DNA of 64,000 nucleotides from Gordius albopunctatus. Lineage: Eukaryota. The position numbers and the translations under genes are program-made. This document shows, in pieces, positions 39,790-54,700 of this stretch. The DNA is taken from positions 9,548,001 through 9,612,000 of the forward strand of contig OZ193909.1 in NCBI GenBank assembly GCA_964276515.1, written 5' to 3'. Every line of letters begins with the position of its first letter. The first letter of the stretch is position 1. The notes under the pieces were generated by a model. That model was not told the origin of the DNA. It ran no database searches and saw nothing but the letters and a program-made list of their open reading frames with translations.

Positions 39790-42700
39790 TTTTTCACTAA
39801 TTGACCTCTGATATCAAAAACTTTCATGACGGCTATATTGTTGAACAAAAAAATTGAAAAATTTTTGAAGTCGAAAAAAATATTTATTTTCATATTCTAT
39901 CAAAAGGGGGCTGAAAGAATCTTTAAAAGTTAGTAAATATTCTTAGCATCATGTCCTTGTTAGAATCCGTATGATAATTTTTGCACGGGGTGAGGTTTTA
40001 GATTGAGAGAAACTAAACTTTTCGTGTTGCGTTTAGATTGTTTCAAAATCGCTTTCTAAGCGTGTCTCTAGTTTTTGAGAAACAAACTCTATTTGATCGT
40101 GATTTAAAGTTAATAATTTTTGAGGACGATCAAAAATTTTTCACTAATTGACCTCTGATATCAAAAACTTTCATGACGGCTATATTGTTGAACAAAAAAA
40201 TTGAAAAAATTTTGATGTCGAAAAAAATATTTATTTTCCTATTCTTTCGAAAGGGGGATGAAAAAATCTTTAAAATTAAGAAACTAAACTTTTCGGGTTG
40301 CGTTTAGATTGTTTCAAAATCGCTTTCTAAGCGTGTCTCTAGTTTTTGTGAAACAAACTCTATTTGATCGTGATTTAAAGTTAATAATTTTTGAGGACTG
40401 ATCAAAAAATTTTTCACTAATTGACCTCTGATATCAAAAACTTTCATGACGGCTATATTGTTGAACAAAAAAATTGAAAAATTTTTGAAGTCGAAAAAAA
40501 TATTTATTTTCATATTCTATCAAAAGGGGGCTGAAAGAATCTTTAAAAGTTAGTAAATATTCTTAGAATCATGTCCTTGTTAGAATCCGTATGATAATTT
40601 TTGAACGGAGTGAGGTTTTAGATTGAGAGAAACTAAACTTTTCGTGTTGCGTTTAGATTGTTTCAAAATCGCTTTCTAAGCGTGTCTCTAGTTTTTGAGA
40701 AACAAACTCTATTTGATCGTGATTTAAAGTTAAAAACTTTTGAGGACTGATCAAAAATTTTTTTCACTAATTGACCTCTGATATCATAAACTTTCATGAC
40801 GGCTATATTGTTGAACAAAAAAATTGAAAAAATTTTGATGTCGAAAAAAATATTTATTTTCATATTCTATCGAAAGGGTGCTGAAAGAATCTTTAAAATT
40901 TAGAAACTAAACTTTTCGTGTTGCGTTTAGATTGTTTCAAAATAGCTTTCTAAGCGTGTCTCTAGTTTTTGCGAAACAAACTCTATGTGATCGTGATTTA
41001 AAGTTAATAATTTTTGAGGACTGATCAAAAAAATTTTTCACTAATTGACCTCTGATATCAAAAACTTTCATGACGGCTATATTGTTGAACAAAAAAATTG
41101 AAAAATTTTTGAAGTCGAAAAAAATATTTATTTTCATATTCTATCAAAAGGGGGCTGAAAGAATCTTTAAAAGTTAGTAAATATTCTTAGCATCATGTCC
41201 TTGTTAGAATCCGTATGATAATTTTTGCACGGGGTGAGGTTTTAGATTGAGAGAAACTAAACTTTTCGTGTTGCGTTTAGATTGTTTCAAAATCGCTTTC
41301 TAAGCGTGTCTCTAGTTTTTGAGAAACAAACTCTATTTGATCGTGATTTAAAGTTAATAATTTTTGAGGACGATCAAAAATTTTTCACTAATTGACCTCT
41401 GATATCAAATCTTTCATGACGGCTATATTGTTGAACAAAAAAATTGAAAAAATTTTGATGTCGAAAAAAATATTTATTTTCATATTCTATCAAAAGGGGG
41501 CTGAAAGAATCTTTAAAAGTTAGTAAATATTCTTAGCATCATGTCCTTGTTAGAATCCGTATGATAATTTTTGCACGGGGTGAGGTTTTAGATTGAGAGA
41601 AACTAAACTTTTCGTGTTGCGTTTAGATTGTTTCAAAATCGCTTTTTAAGCGTGTCTCTAGTTTTTGTGAAACAAACTCTATTTGATCGTGATTTAAAGT
41701 TAATAATTTTTGAGGACTGATCAAAATTTTTTTCACTAATTGACCTCTGATATCAAAAACTTTCATGACGGCTATATTGTTGAACAAAAAAATTGAAAAA
41801 ATTTTGATGTCGAAAAAAATATTTATTTTCCTATTCTTTCGAAAGGGGGATGAAAAAATCTTTAAAATTAAGAAACTAAACTTTTCGGGTTGCGTTTAGA
41901 TTGTTTCAAAATCGCTTTCTAAGCGTGTCTCTAGTTTTTGAGAAACAAACTCTATTTGATCGTGATTTAAAGTTAATAATTTTTGAGGACTGATCAAAAA
42001 ATTTTTCACTAATTGACCTCTGATATCAAAAACTTTCATGACGGCTATATTGTTGAACAAAAAAATTGAAAAATTTTTGAAGTCGAAAAAAATATTTATT
42101 TTCATATTCTATCAAAAGGGGGCTGAAAGAATCTTTAAAAGTTAGTAAATATTCTTAGCATCATGTCCTTGTTAGAATCCGTATGATAATTTTTGCACGG
42201 GGTGAGGTTTTAGATTGAGAGAAACTAAACTTTTCGTGTTGCGTTTAGATTGTTTCAAAATCGCTTTCTAAGCGGATCTCTAGTTTTTGAGAAACAAACT
42301 CTATTTGATCGTGATTTAAAGTTAATAATTTTTGAGGACGATCAAAAATTTTTCACTAATTGACCTCTGATATCAAATCTTTCATGACGGCTATATTGTT
42401 GAACAAAAAAATTGAAAAAATTTTGATGTCGAAAAAAATATTTATTTTCCTATTCTTTCGAAAGGGTGATGAAAAAATCTTTAAAATTTAGAAACTAAAC
42501 TTTTCGTGTTGCGTTTAGATTGTTTCAAAATCGCTTTCTAAGCGTGTCTCTAGTTTTTGTGAAACAAACTCTATTTGATCGTGATTATAAGTTAATAATT
42601 TTTGAGGACTGATCAAAAAAATTTTCACTAATTGACCTCTGATATCAAAAACTTTCATGACGGCTATATTGTTGAACAAAAAAATTGAAAAAATTTTGAT

Positions 42701-45700
42701 GTCGAAAAAAGTATTTATTTTCCTATTCTTTCGAAAGGGGGATGAAAAAATCTTTAAAATTTAGAAACTAAACTTTTTGTGTTGCGTTTAGATTGTTTCA
42801 AAATCGCTTTCTAAGCGTGTCTCTAGTTTTTGAGAAACAAACTCTATTTGATCGTGATTTAAAGTTAAAAACTTTTGAGGACTGATCAAAAATTTTTCAC
42901 TAATTGACCTCTGATATCAAATCTTTCATGACGGCTATATTGTTGAACAAAAAAATTGAAAAAATTTTGATGTCGAAAAAAATATTTATTTTCCTATTCT
43001 TTCGAAAGGGTGATGAAAAAATCTTTAAAATTTAGAAACTAAACTTTTCGTGTTGCGTTTAGATTGTTTCAAAATCGCTTTCTAATCGTGTCTCTAGTTT
43101 TTGCGAAACAAACTCTATGTGATCGTGATTTAAAGTTAATAATTTTTGAGGACTGATCAAAAAAATTTTTCACTAATTGACCTCTGATATCAAAAACTTT
43201 CATGACGGCTATATTGTTGAACAAAAAAATTGAAAAATTTTTGAAGTCGAAAAAAATATTTATTTTCATATTCTATCAAAAGGGGGCTGAAAGAATCTTT
43301 AAAAGTTAGTAAATATTCTTAGCATCATGTCCTTGTTAGAATCCGTATGATAATTTTTGCACGGGGTGAGGTTTTAGATTGAGAGAAACTAAACTTTTCG
43401 TGTTGCGTTTAGATTGTTTCAAAATCGCTTTCTAAGCGTGTCTCTAGTTTTTGAGAAACAAACTCTATTTGATCGTGATTTAAAGTTAATAATTTTTGAG
43501 GACGATCAAAAATTTTTCACTAATTGACCTCTGATATCAAAAACTTTCATGACGGCTATATTGTTGAACAAAAAAATTGAAAAAATTTTGATGTCGAAAA
43601 AAATATTTATTTTCCTATTCTTTCGAAAGGGGGATGAAAAAATCTTTAAAATTAAGAAACTAAACTTTTCGGGTTGCGTTTAGATTGTTTCAAAATCGCT
43701 TTCTAAGCGTGTCTCTAGTTTTTGTGAAACAAACTCTATTTGATCGTGATTTAAAGTTAATAATTTTTGAGGACTGATCAAAAAATTTTTCACTAATTGA
43801 CCTCTGATATCAAAAACTTTCATGACGGCTATATTGTTGAACAAAAAAATTGAAAAATTTTTGAAGTCGAAAAAAATATTTATTTTCATATTCTATCAAA
43901 AGGGGGCTGAAAGAATCTTTAAAAGTTAGTAAATATTCTTAGAATCATGTCCTTGTTAGAATCCGTATGATAATTTTTGAACGGAGTGAGGTTTTAGATT
44001 GAGAGAAACTAAACTTTTCGTGTTGCGTTTAGATTGTTTCAAAATCGCTTTCTAAGCGTGTCTCTAGTTTTTGAGAAACAAACTCTATTTGATCGTGATT
44101 TAAAGTTAAAAACTTTTGAGGACTGATCAAAAATTTTTTTCACTAATTGACCTCTGATATCATAAACTTTCATGACGGCTATATTGTTGAACAAAAAAAT
44201 TGAAAAAATTTTGATGTCGAAAAAAATATTTATTTTCATATTCTATCGAAAGGGTGCTGAAAGAATCTTTAAAATTTAGAAACTAAACTTTTCGTGTTGC
44301 GTTTAGATTGTTTCAAAATAGCTTTCTAAGCGTGTCTCTAGTTTTTGCGAAACAAACTCTATGTGATCGTGATTTAAAGTTAATAATTTTTGAGGACTGA
44401 TCAAAAAAATTTTTCACTAATTGACCTCTGATATCAAAAACTTTCATGACGGCTATATTGTTGAACAAAAAAATTGAAAAATTTTTGAAGTCGAAAAAAA
44501 TATTTATTTTCATATTCTATCAAAAGGGGGCTGAAAGAATCTTTAAAAGTTAGTAAATATTCTTAGCATCATGTCCTTGTTAGAATCCGTATGATAATTT
44601 TTGCACGGGGTGAGGTTTTAGATTGAGAGAAACTAAACTTTTCGTGTTGCGTTTAGATTGTTTCAAAATCGCTTTCTAAGCGTGTCTCTAGTTTTTGAGA
44701 AACAAACTCTATTTGATCGTGATTTAAAGTTAATAATTTTTGAGGACGATCAAAAATTTTTCACTAATTGACCTCTGATATCAAATCTTTCATGACGGCT
44801 ATATTGTTGAACAAAAAAATTGAAAAAATTTTGATGTCGAAAAAAATATTTATTTTCATATTCTATCAAAAGGGGGCTGAAAGAATCTTTAAAAGTTAGT
44901 AAATATTCTTAGCATCATGTCCTTGTTAGAATCCGTATGATAATTTTTGCACGGGGTGAGGTTTTAGATTGAGAGAAACTAAACTTTTCGTGTTGCGTTT
45001 AGATTGTTTCAAAATCGCTTTTTAAGCGTGTCTCTAGTTTTTGTGAAACAAACTCTATTTGATCGTGATTTAAAGTTAATAATTTTTGAGGACTGATCAA
45101 AATTTTTTTCACTAATTGACCTCTGATATCAAAAACTTTCATGACGGCTATATTGTTGAACAAAAAAATTGAAAAAATTTTGATGTCGAAAAAAATATTT
45201 ATTTTCCTATTCTTTCGAAAGGGGGATGAAAAAATCTTTAAAATTAAGAAACTAAACTTTTCGGGTTGCGTTTAGATTGTTTCAAAATCGCTTTCTAAGC
45301 GTGTCTCTAGTTTTTGAGAAACAAACTCTATTTGATCGTGATTTAAAGTTAATAATTTTTGAGGACTGATCAAAAAATTTTTCACTAATTGACCTCTGAT
45401 ATCAAAAACTTTCATGACGGCTATATTGTTGAACAAAAAAATTGAAAAATTTTTGAAGTCGAAAAAAATATTTATTTTCATATTCTATCAAAAGGGGGCT
45501 GAAAGAATCTTTAAAAGTTAGTAAATATTCTTAGCATCATGTCCTTGTTAGAATCCGTATGATAATTTTTGCACGGGGTGAGGTTTTAGATTGAGAGAAA
45601 CTAAACTTTTCGTGTTGCGTTTAGATTGTTTCAAAATCGCTTTCTAAGCGGATCTCTAGTTTTTGAGAAACAAACTCTATTTGATCGTGATTTAAAGTTA

Positions 45701-46915
45701 ATAATTTTTGAGGACGATCAAAAATTTTTCACTAATTGACCTCTGATATCAAATCTTTCATGACGGCTATATTGTTGAACAAAAAAATTGAAAAAATTTT
45801 GATGTCGAAAAAAATATTTATTTTCCTATTCTTTCGAAAGGGTGATGAAAAAATCTTTAAAATTTAGAAACTAAACTTTTCGTGTTGCGTTTAGATTGTT
45901 TCAAAATCGCTTTCTAAGCGTGTCTCTAGTTTTTGTGAAACAAACTCTATTTGATCGTGATTATAAGTTAATAATTTTTGAGGACTGATCAAAAAAATTT
46001 TCACTAATTGACCTCTGATATCAAAAACTTTCATGACGGCTATATTGTTGAACAAAAAAATTGAAAAAATTTTGATGTCGAAAAAAGTATTTATTTTCCT
46101 ATTCTTTCGAAAGGGGGATGAAAAAATCTTTAAAATTTAGAAACTAAACTTTTTGTGTTGCGTTTAGATTGTTTCAAAATCGCTTTCTAAGCGTGTCTCT
46201 AGTTTTTGAGAAACAAACTCTATTTGATCGTGATTTAAAGTTAAAAACTTTTGAGGACTGATCAAAAATTTTTCACTAATTGACCTCTGATATCAAATCT
46301 TTCATGACGGCTATATTGTTGAACAAAAAAATTGAAAAAATTTTGATGTCGAAAAAAATATTTATTTTCCTATTCTTTCGAAAGGGTGATGAAAAAATCT
46401 TTAAAATTTAGAAACTAAACTTTTCGTGTTGCGTTTAGATTGTTTCAAAATCGCTTTCTAATCGTGTCTCTAGTTTTTGCGAAACAAACTCTATGTGATC
46501 GTGATTTAAAGTTAATAATTTTTGAGGACTGATCAAAAAAATTTTTCACTAATTGACCTCTGATATCAAAAACTTTCATGACGGCTATATTGTTGAACAA
46601 AAAAATTGAAAAATTTTTGAAGTCGAAAAAAATATTTATTTTCATATTCTATCAAAAGGGGGCTGAAAGAATCTTTAAAAGTTAGTAAATATTCTTAGCA
46701 TCATGTCCTTGTTAGAATCCGTATGATAATTTTTGCACGGGGTGAGGTTTTAGATTGAGAGAAACTAAACTTTTCGTGTTGCGTTTAGATTGTTTCAAAA
46801 TCGCTTTCTAAGCGTGTCTCTAGTTTTTGAGAAACAAACTCTATTTGATCGTGATTTAAAGTTAATAATTTTTGAGGACGATCAAAAATTTTTCACTAAT
46901 TGACCTCTGATATCA
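39790..46915. repeat. 11-monomer higher-order repeat, 3376 bp (5 long + 6 short), ~2.1 copies
   Basis: Identical ORF-track entries offset by 3376 (40304/43680, 40663/44039, 40937/44313, 41896/45272, 43069/46445). Markers gaacggag, aaatagct, gcggatct and gattataag repeat in register. Confidence 0.92.
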
Positions 46916-49900
46916 AATCTTTCATGACGGCTATATTGTTGAACAAAAAAATTGAAAAAATTTTGATGTCGAAAAAAATATTTATTTTCATATTCTATCA
47001 AAAGGGGGCTGAAAGAATCTTTAAAAGTTAGTAAATATTCTTAGCATCATGTCCTTGTTAGAATCCGTATGATAATTTTTGCACGGGGTGAGGTTTTAGA
47101 TTGAGAGAAACTAAACTTTTCGTGTTGCGTTTAGATTGTTTCAAAATCGCTTTCTAAGCGTGTCTCTAGTTTTTGAGAAACAAACTCTATTTGATCGTGA
47201 TTTAAAGTTAATAATTTTTGAGGACGATCAAAAATTTTTCACTAATTGACCTCTGATATCAAATCTTTCATGACGGCTATATTGTTGAACAAAAAAATTG
47301 AAAAAATTTTGATGTCGAAAAAAATATTTATTTTCATATTCTATCAAAAGGGGGCTGAAAGAATCTTTAAAAGTTAGTAAATATTCTTAGCATCATGTCC
47401 TTGTTAGAATCCGTATGATAATTTTTGCACGGGGTGAGGTTTTAGATTGAGAGAAACTAAACTTTTCGTGTTGCGTTTAGATTGTTTCAAAATCGCTTTT
47501 TAAGCGTGTCTCTAGTTTTTGTGAAACAAACTCTATTTGATCGTGATTTAAAGTTAATAATTTTTGAGGACTGATCAAAATTTTTTTCACTAATTGACCT
47601 CTGATATCAAAAACTTTCATGACGGCTATATTGTTGAACAAAAAAATTGAAAAAATTTTGATGTCGAAAAAAATATTTATTTTCCTATTCTTTCGAAAGG
47701 GGGATGAAAAAATCTTTAAAATTAAGAAACTAAACTTTTCGGGTTGCGTTTAGATTGTTTCAAAATCGCTTTCTAAGCGTGTCTCTAGTTTTTGAGAAAC
47801 AAACTCTATTTGATCGTGATTTAAAGTTAATAATTTTTGAGGACTGATCAAAAAATTTTTCACTAATTGACCTCTGATATCAAAAACTTTCATGACGGCT
47901 ATATTGTTGAACAAAAAAATTGAAAAATTTTTGAAGTCGAAAAAAATATTTATTTTCATATTCTATCAAAAGGGGGCTGAAAGAATCTTTAAAAGTTAGT
48001 AAATATTCTTAGCATCATGTCCTTGTTAGAATCCGTATGATAATTTTTGCACGGGGTGAGGTTTTAGATTGAGAGAAACTAAACTTTTCGTGTTGCGTTT
48101 AGATTGTTTCAAAATCGCTTTCTAAGCGGATCTCTAGTTTTTGAGAAACAAACTCTATTTGATCGTGATTTAAAGTTAATAATTTTTGAGGACGATCAAA
48201 AATTTTTCACTAATTGACCTCTGATATCAAATCTTTCATGACGGCTATATTGTTGAACAAAAAAATTGAAAAAATTTTGATGTCGAAAAAAATATTTATT
48301 TTCCTATTCTTTCGAAAGGGTGATGAAAAAATCTTTAAAATTAAGAAACTAAACTTTTCGGGTTGCGTTTAGATTGTTTCAAAATCGCTTTCTAAGCGTG
48401 TCTCTAGTTTTTGAGAAACAAACTCTATTTGATCGTGATTTAAAGTTAATAATTTTTGAGGACTGATCAAAAAATTTTTCACTAATTGACCTCTGATATC
48501 AAAAACTTTCATGACGGCTATATTGTTGAACAAAAAAATTGAAAAATTTTTGAAGTCGAAAAAAATATTTATTTTCATATTCTATCAAAAGGGGGCTGAA
48601 AGAATCTTTAAAAGTTAGTAAATATTCTTAGCATCATGTCCTTGTTAGAATCCGTATGATAATTTTTGCACGGGGTGAGGTTTTAGATTGAGAGAAACTA
48701 AACTTTTCGTGTTGCGTTTAGATTGTTTCAAAATCGCTTTCTAAGCGGATCTCTAGTTTTTGAGAAACAAACTCTATTTGATCGTGATTTAAAGTTAATA
48801 ATTTTTGAGGACGATCAAAAATTTTTCACTAATTGACCTCTGATATCAAATCTTTCATGACGGCTATATTGTTGAACAAAAAAATTGAAAAAATTTTGAT
48901 GTCGAAAAAAATATTTATTTTCCTATTCTTTCGAAAGGGTGATGAAAAAATCTTTAAAATTTAGAAACTAAACTTTTCGTGTTGCGTTTAGATTGTTTCA
49001 AAATCGCTTTCTAAGCGTGTCTCTAGTTTTTGTGAAACAAACTCTATTTGATCGTGATTATAAGTTAATAATTTTTGAGGACTGATCAAAAAAATTTTCA
49101 CTAATTGACCTCTGATATCAAAAACTTTCATGACGGCTATATTGTTGAACAAAAAAATTGAAAAAATTTTGATGTCGAAAAAAGTATTTATTTTCCTATT
49201 CTTTCGAAAGGGGGATGAAAAAATCTTTAAAATTTAGAAACTAAACTTTTTGTGTTGCGTTTAGATTGTTTCAAAATCGCTTTCTAAGCGTGTCTCTAGT
49301 TTTTGAGAAACAAACTCTATTTGATCGTGATTTAAAGTTAAAAACTTTTGAGGACTGATCAAAAAATTTTCACTAATTGACCTCTGATATCAAATCTTTC
49401 ATGACGGCTATATTGTTGAACAAAAAAATTGAAAAAATTTTGATGTCGAAAAAAATATTTATTTTCCTATTCTTTCGAAAGGGTGATGAAAAAATCTTTA
49501 AAATTTAGAAACTAAACTTTTCGTGTTGCGTTTAGATTGTTTCAAAATCGCTTTCTAATCGTGTCTCTAGTTTTTGCGAAACAAACTCTATGTGATCGTG
49601 ATTTAAAGTTAATAATTTTTGAGGACTGATCAAAAAAATTTTTCACTAATTGACCTCTGATATCAAAAACTTTCATGACGGCTATATTGTTGAACAAAAA
49701 AATTGAAAAATTTTTGAAGTCGAAAAAAATATTTATTTTCATATTCTATCAAAAGGGGGCTGAAAGAATCTTTAAAAGTTAGTAAATATTCTTAGCATCA
49801 TGTCCTTGTTAGAATCCGTATGATAATTTTTGCACGGGGTGAGGTTTTAGATTGAGAGAAACTAAACTTTTCGTGTTGCGTTTAGATTGTTTCAAAATCG

Positions 49901-51711
49901 CTTTCTAAGCGTGTCTCTAGTTTTTGAGAAACAAACTCTATTTGATCGTGATTTAAAGTTAATAATTTTTGAGGACGATCAAAAATTTTTCACTAATTGA
50001 CCTCTGATATCAAATCTTTCATGACGGCTATATTGTTGAACAAAAAAATTGAAAAAATTTTGATGTCGAAAAAAATATTTATTTTCCTATTCTTTCGAAA
50101 GGGTGATGAAAAAATCTTTAAAATTTAGAAACTAAACTTTTCGTGTTGCGTTTAGATTGTTTCAAAATCGCTTTCTAAGCGTGTCTCTAGTTTTTGTGAA
50201 ACAAACTCTATTTGATCGTGATTATAAGTTAATAATTTTTGAGGACTGATCAAAAAAATTTTCACTAATTGACCTCTGATATCAAAAACTTTCATGACGG
50301 CTATATTGTTGAACAAAAAAATTGAAAAAATTTTGATGTCGAAAAAAGTATTTATTTTCCTATTCTTTCGAAAGGGTGATGAAAAAATCTTTAAAATTTA
50401 GAAACTAAACTTTTCGTGTTGCGTTTAGATTGTTTCAAAATCGCTTTCTAAGCGTGTCTCTAGTTTTTGTGAAACAAACTCTATTTGATCGTGATTATAA
50501 GTTAATAATTTTTGAGGACTGATCAAAAAAATTTTCACTAATTGACCTCTGATATCAAAAACTTTCATGACGGCTATATTGTTGAACAAAAAAATTGAAA
50601 AAATTTTGATGTCGAAAAAAGTATTTATTTTCCTATTCTTTCGAAAGGGGGATGAAAAAATCTTTAAAATTTAGAAACTAAACTTTTTGTGTTGCGTTTA
50701 GATTGTTTCAAAATCGCTTTCTAATCGTGTCTCTAGTTTTTGCGAAACAAACTCTATGTGATCGTGATTTAAAGTTAATAATTTTTGAGGACTGATCAAA
50801 AAAATTTTTCACTAATTGACCTCTGATATCAAAAACTTTCATGACGGCTATATTGTTGAACAAAAAAATTGAAAAATTTTTGAAGTCGAAAAAAATATTT
50901 ATTTTCATATTCTATCAAAAGGGGGCTGAAAGAATCTTTAAAAGTTAGTAAATATTCTTAGCATCATGTCCTTGTTAGAATCCGTATGATAATTTTTGCA
51001 CGGGGTGAGGTTTTAGATTGAGAGAAACTAAACTTTTCGTGTTGCGTTTAGATTGTTTCAAAATCGCTTTCTAAGCGTGTCTCTAGTTTTTGAGAAACAA
51101 ACTCTATTTGATCGTGATTTAAAGTTAATAATTTTTGAGGACGATCAAAATTTTTTCACTAATTGACCTCTGATATCAAATCTTTCATGACGGCTATATT
51201 GTTGAACAAAAAAATTGAAAAAATTTTGATGTCGAAAAAAATATTTATTTTCCTATTCTTTCGAAAGGGGGATGAAAAAATCTTTAAAATTTAGAAACTA
51301 AACTTTTCGTGTTGCGTTTAGATTGTTTCAAAATCGCTTTCTAAGCGTGTCTCTAGTTTTTGAGAAACAAACTCTATTTGATCGTGATTTAAAGTTAAAA
51401 ACTTTTGAGGACTGATCAAAAATTTTTCACTAATTGACCTCTGATATCAAATCTTTCATGACGGCTATATTGTTGAACAAAAAAATTGAAAAAATTTTGA
51501 TGTCGAAAAAAATATTTATTTTCCTATTCTTTCGAAAGGGTGATGAAAAAATCTTTAAAATTTAGAAACTAAACTTTTCGTGTTGCGTTTAGATTGTTTC
51601 AAAATCGCTTTCTAAGCGTGTCTCTAGTTTTTGCGAAACAAACTCTATGTGATCGTGATTTAAAGTTAATAATTTTTGAGGACTGATCAAAAAAATTTTT
51701 CACTAATTCAC

Positions 51712-54700
51712 CTCTGATATCAAAAACTTTCATGACGGCTATATTGTTGAACAAAAAAATTGAAAAATTTTTGAAGTCGAAAAAAATATTTATTTTCATA
51801 TTCTATCAAAAGGGGGCTGAAAGAATCTTTAAAAGTTAGTAAATATTCTTAGCATCATGTCCTTGTTAGAATCCGTATGATAATTTTTGCACGGGGTGAG
51901 GTTTTAGATTGAGAGAAACTAAACTTTTCGTGTTGCGTTTAGATTGTTTCAAAATCGCTTTCTAAGCGTGTCTCTAGTTTTTGAGAAACAAACTCTATTT
52001 GATCGTGATTTAAAGTTAATAATTTTTGAGGACGATCAAAAATTTTTCACTAATTGACCTCTGATATCAAATCTTTCATGACGGCTATATTGTTGAACAA
52101 AAAAATTGAAAAAATTTTGATGTCGAAAAAAATATTTATTTTCATATTCTATCAAAAGGGGGCTGAAAGAATCTTTAAAAGTTAGTAAATATTCTTAGCA
52201 TCATGTCCTTGTTAGAATCCGTATGATAATTTTTGCATGGGGTGAGGTTTTAGATTGAGAGAAACTAAACTTTTCGTGTTGCGTTTAGATTGTTTCAAAA
52301 TCGCTTTCTAAGCGTGTCTCTAGTTTTTGTGAATCAAACTCTATTTGATCGTGATTTAAAGTTAATAATTTTTGAGGACTGATCAAAAAATTTTTCACTA
52401 ATTGACCTCTGATATCAAAAACTTTCATGACGGCTATATTGTTGAACAAAAAAATTGAAAAATTTTTGAAGTCGAAAAAAATATTTATTTTCATATTCTA
52501 TCAAAAGGGGGCTGAAAGAATCTTTAAAAGTTAGTAAATATTCTTAGCATCATGTCCTTGTTAGAATCCGTATGATAATTTTTGCATGGGGTGAGGTTTT
52601 AGATTGAGAGAAACTAAACTTTTCGTGTTGCGTTTAGATTGTTTCAAAATCGCTTTCTAAGCGTGTCTCTAGTTTTTGAGAAACAAACTCTATTTGATCG
52701 TGATTTAAAGTTAATAATTTTTGAGGACGATCAAAAATTTTTCACTAATTGACCTCTGATAGAAAAAACTTTCATGACGGCTATATTGTTGAACAAAAAA
52801 ATTGAAAAAATTTTGATGTCGAAAAAAATATTTATTTTCCTATTCTTTCGAAAGGGGGATGAAAAAATCTTTAAAATTAAGAAACTAAACTTTTCGGGTT
52901 GCGTTAAGATTGTTTCAAAATCGCTTTCTAAGCGTGTCTCTAGTTTTTGAGAAACAAACTCTATTTGATCGTGATTTAAAGTTAAAAACTTTTGAGGACT
53001 GATCAAAAAATTTTTCACTAATTGACCTCTGATATCAAATCTTTCATGACGGCTATATTGTTGAACAAAAAAATTGAAAAAATTTTGATGTCGAAAAAAA
53101 TATTTATTTTCCTATTCTTTCGAAAGGGGGATGAAAAAATCTTTAAAATTTAGAAACTAAACTTTTCGTGTTGCGTTTAGATTGTTTCAAAATCGCTTTC
53201 TAAGCGTGTCTCTAGTTTTTGTGAAACAAACTCTATTTGATCGTGATTTAAAGTTAATAATTTTTGAGGACTGATCAAAAAATTTTTCACTAATTGACCT
53301 CTGATATCAAAAACTTTCATGACGGCTATATTGTTGAACAAAAAAATTGAAAAATTTTTGAAGTCGAAAAAAATATTTATTTTCATATTCTATCAAAAGG
53401 GGGCTGAAAGAATCTTTAAAAGTTAGTAAATATTCTTAGCATCATGTCCTTGTTAGAATCCGTATGATAATTTTTGCACGGGGTGAGGTTTTAGATTGAG
53501 AGAAACTAAACTTTTCGTGTTGCGTTTAGATTGTTTCAAAATCGCTTTCTAAGCGTGTCTCTAGTTTTTGAGAAACAAACTCTATTTGATCGTGATTTAA
53601 AGTTAATAATTTTTGAGGACTGATCAAAAAATTTTTCACTAATTGACCTCTGATATCAAAAACTTTCATGACGGCTATATTGTTGAACAAAAAAATTGAA
53701 AAATTTTTGAAGTCGAAAAAAATATTTATTTTCATATTCTATCAAAAGGGGGCTGAAAGAATCTTTAAAAGTTAGTAAATATTCTTAGAATCATGTCCTT
53801 GTTAGAATCCGTATGATAATTTTTGAACGGAGTGAGGTTTTAGATTGAGAGAAACTAAACTTTTCGTGTTGCGTTTAGATTGTTTCAAAATCGCTTTCTA
53901 AGCGTGTCTCTAGTTTTTGAGAAACAAACTCTATTTGATCGTGATTTAAAGTTAAAAACTTTTGAGGACTGATCAAAAATTTTTTTCACTAATTGACCTC
54001 TGATATCATAAACTTTCATGACGGCTATATTGTTGAACAAAAAAATTGAAAAAATTTTGATGTCGAAAAAAATATTTATTTTCATATTCTATCGAAAGGG
54101 TGCTGAAAGAATCTTTAAAATTTAGAAACTAAACTTTTCGTGTTGCGTTTAGATTGTTTCAAAATAGCTTTCTAAGCGTGTCTCTAGTTTTTGCGAAACA
54201 AACTCTATGTGATCGTGATTTAAAGTTAATAATTTTTGAGGACTGATCAAAAAAATTTTTCACTAATTGACCTCTGATATCAAAAACTTTCATGACGGCT
54301 ATATTGTTGAACAAAAAAATTGAAAAATTTTTGAAGTCGAAAAAAATATTTATTTTCATATTCTATCAAAAGGGGGCTGAAAGAATCTTTAAAAGTTAGT
54401 AAATATTCTTAGCATCATGTCCTTGTTAGAATCCGTATGATAATTTTTGCACGGGGTGAGGTTTTAGATTGAGAGAAACTAAACTTTTCGTGTTGCGTTT
54501 AGATTGTTTCAAAATCGCTTTCTAAGCGTGTCTCTAGTTTTTGAGAAACAAACTCTATTTGATCGTGATTTAAAGTTAATAATTTTTGAGGACGATCAAA
54601 AATTTTTCACTAATTGACCTCTGATATCAAATCTTTCATGACGGCTATATTGTTGAACAAAAAAATTGAAAAAATTTTGATGTCGAAAAAAATATTTATT

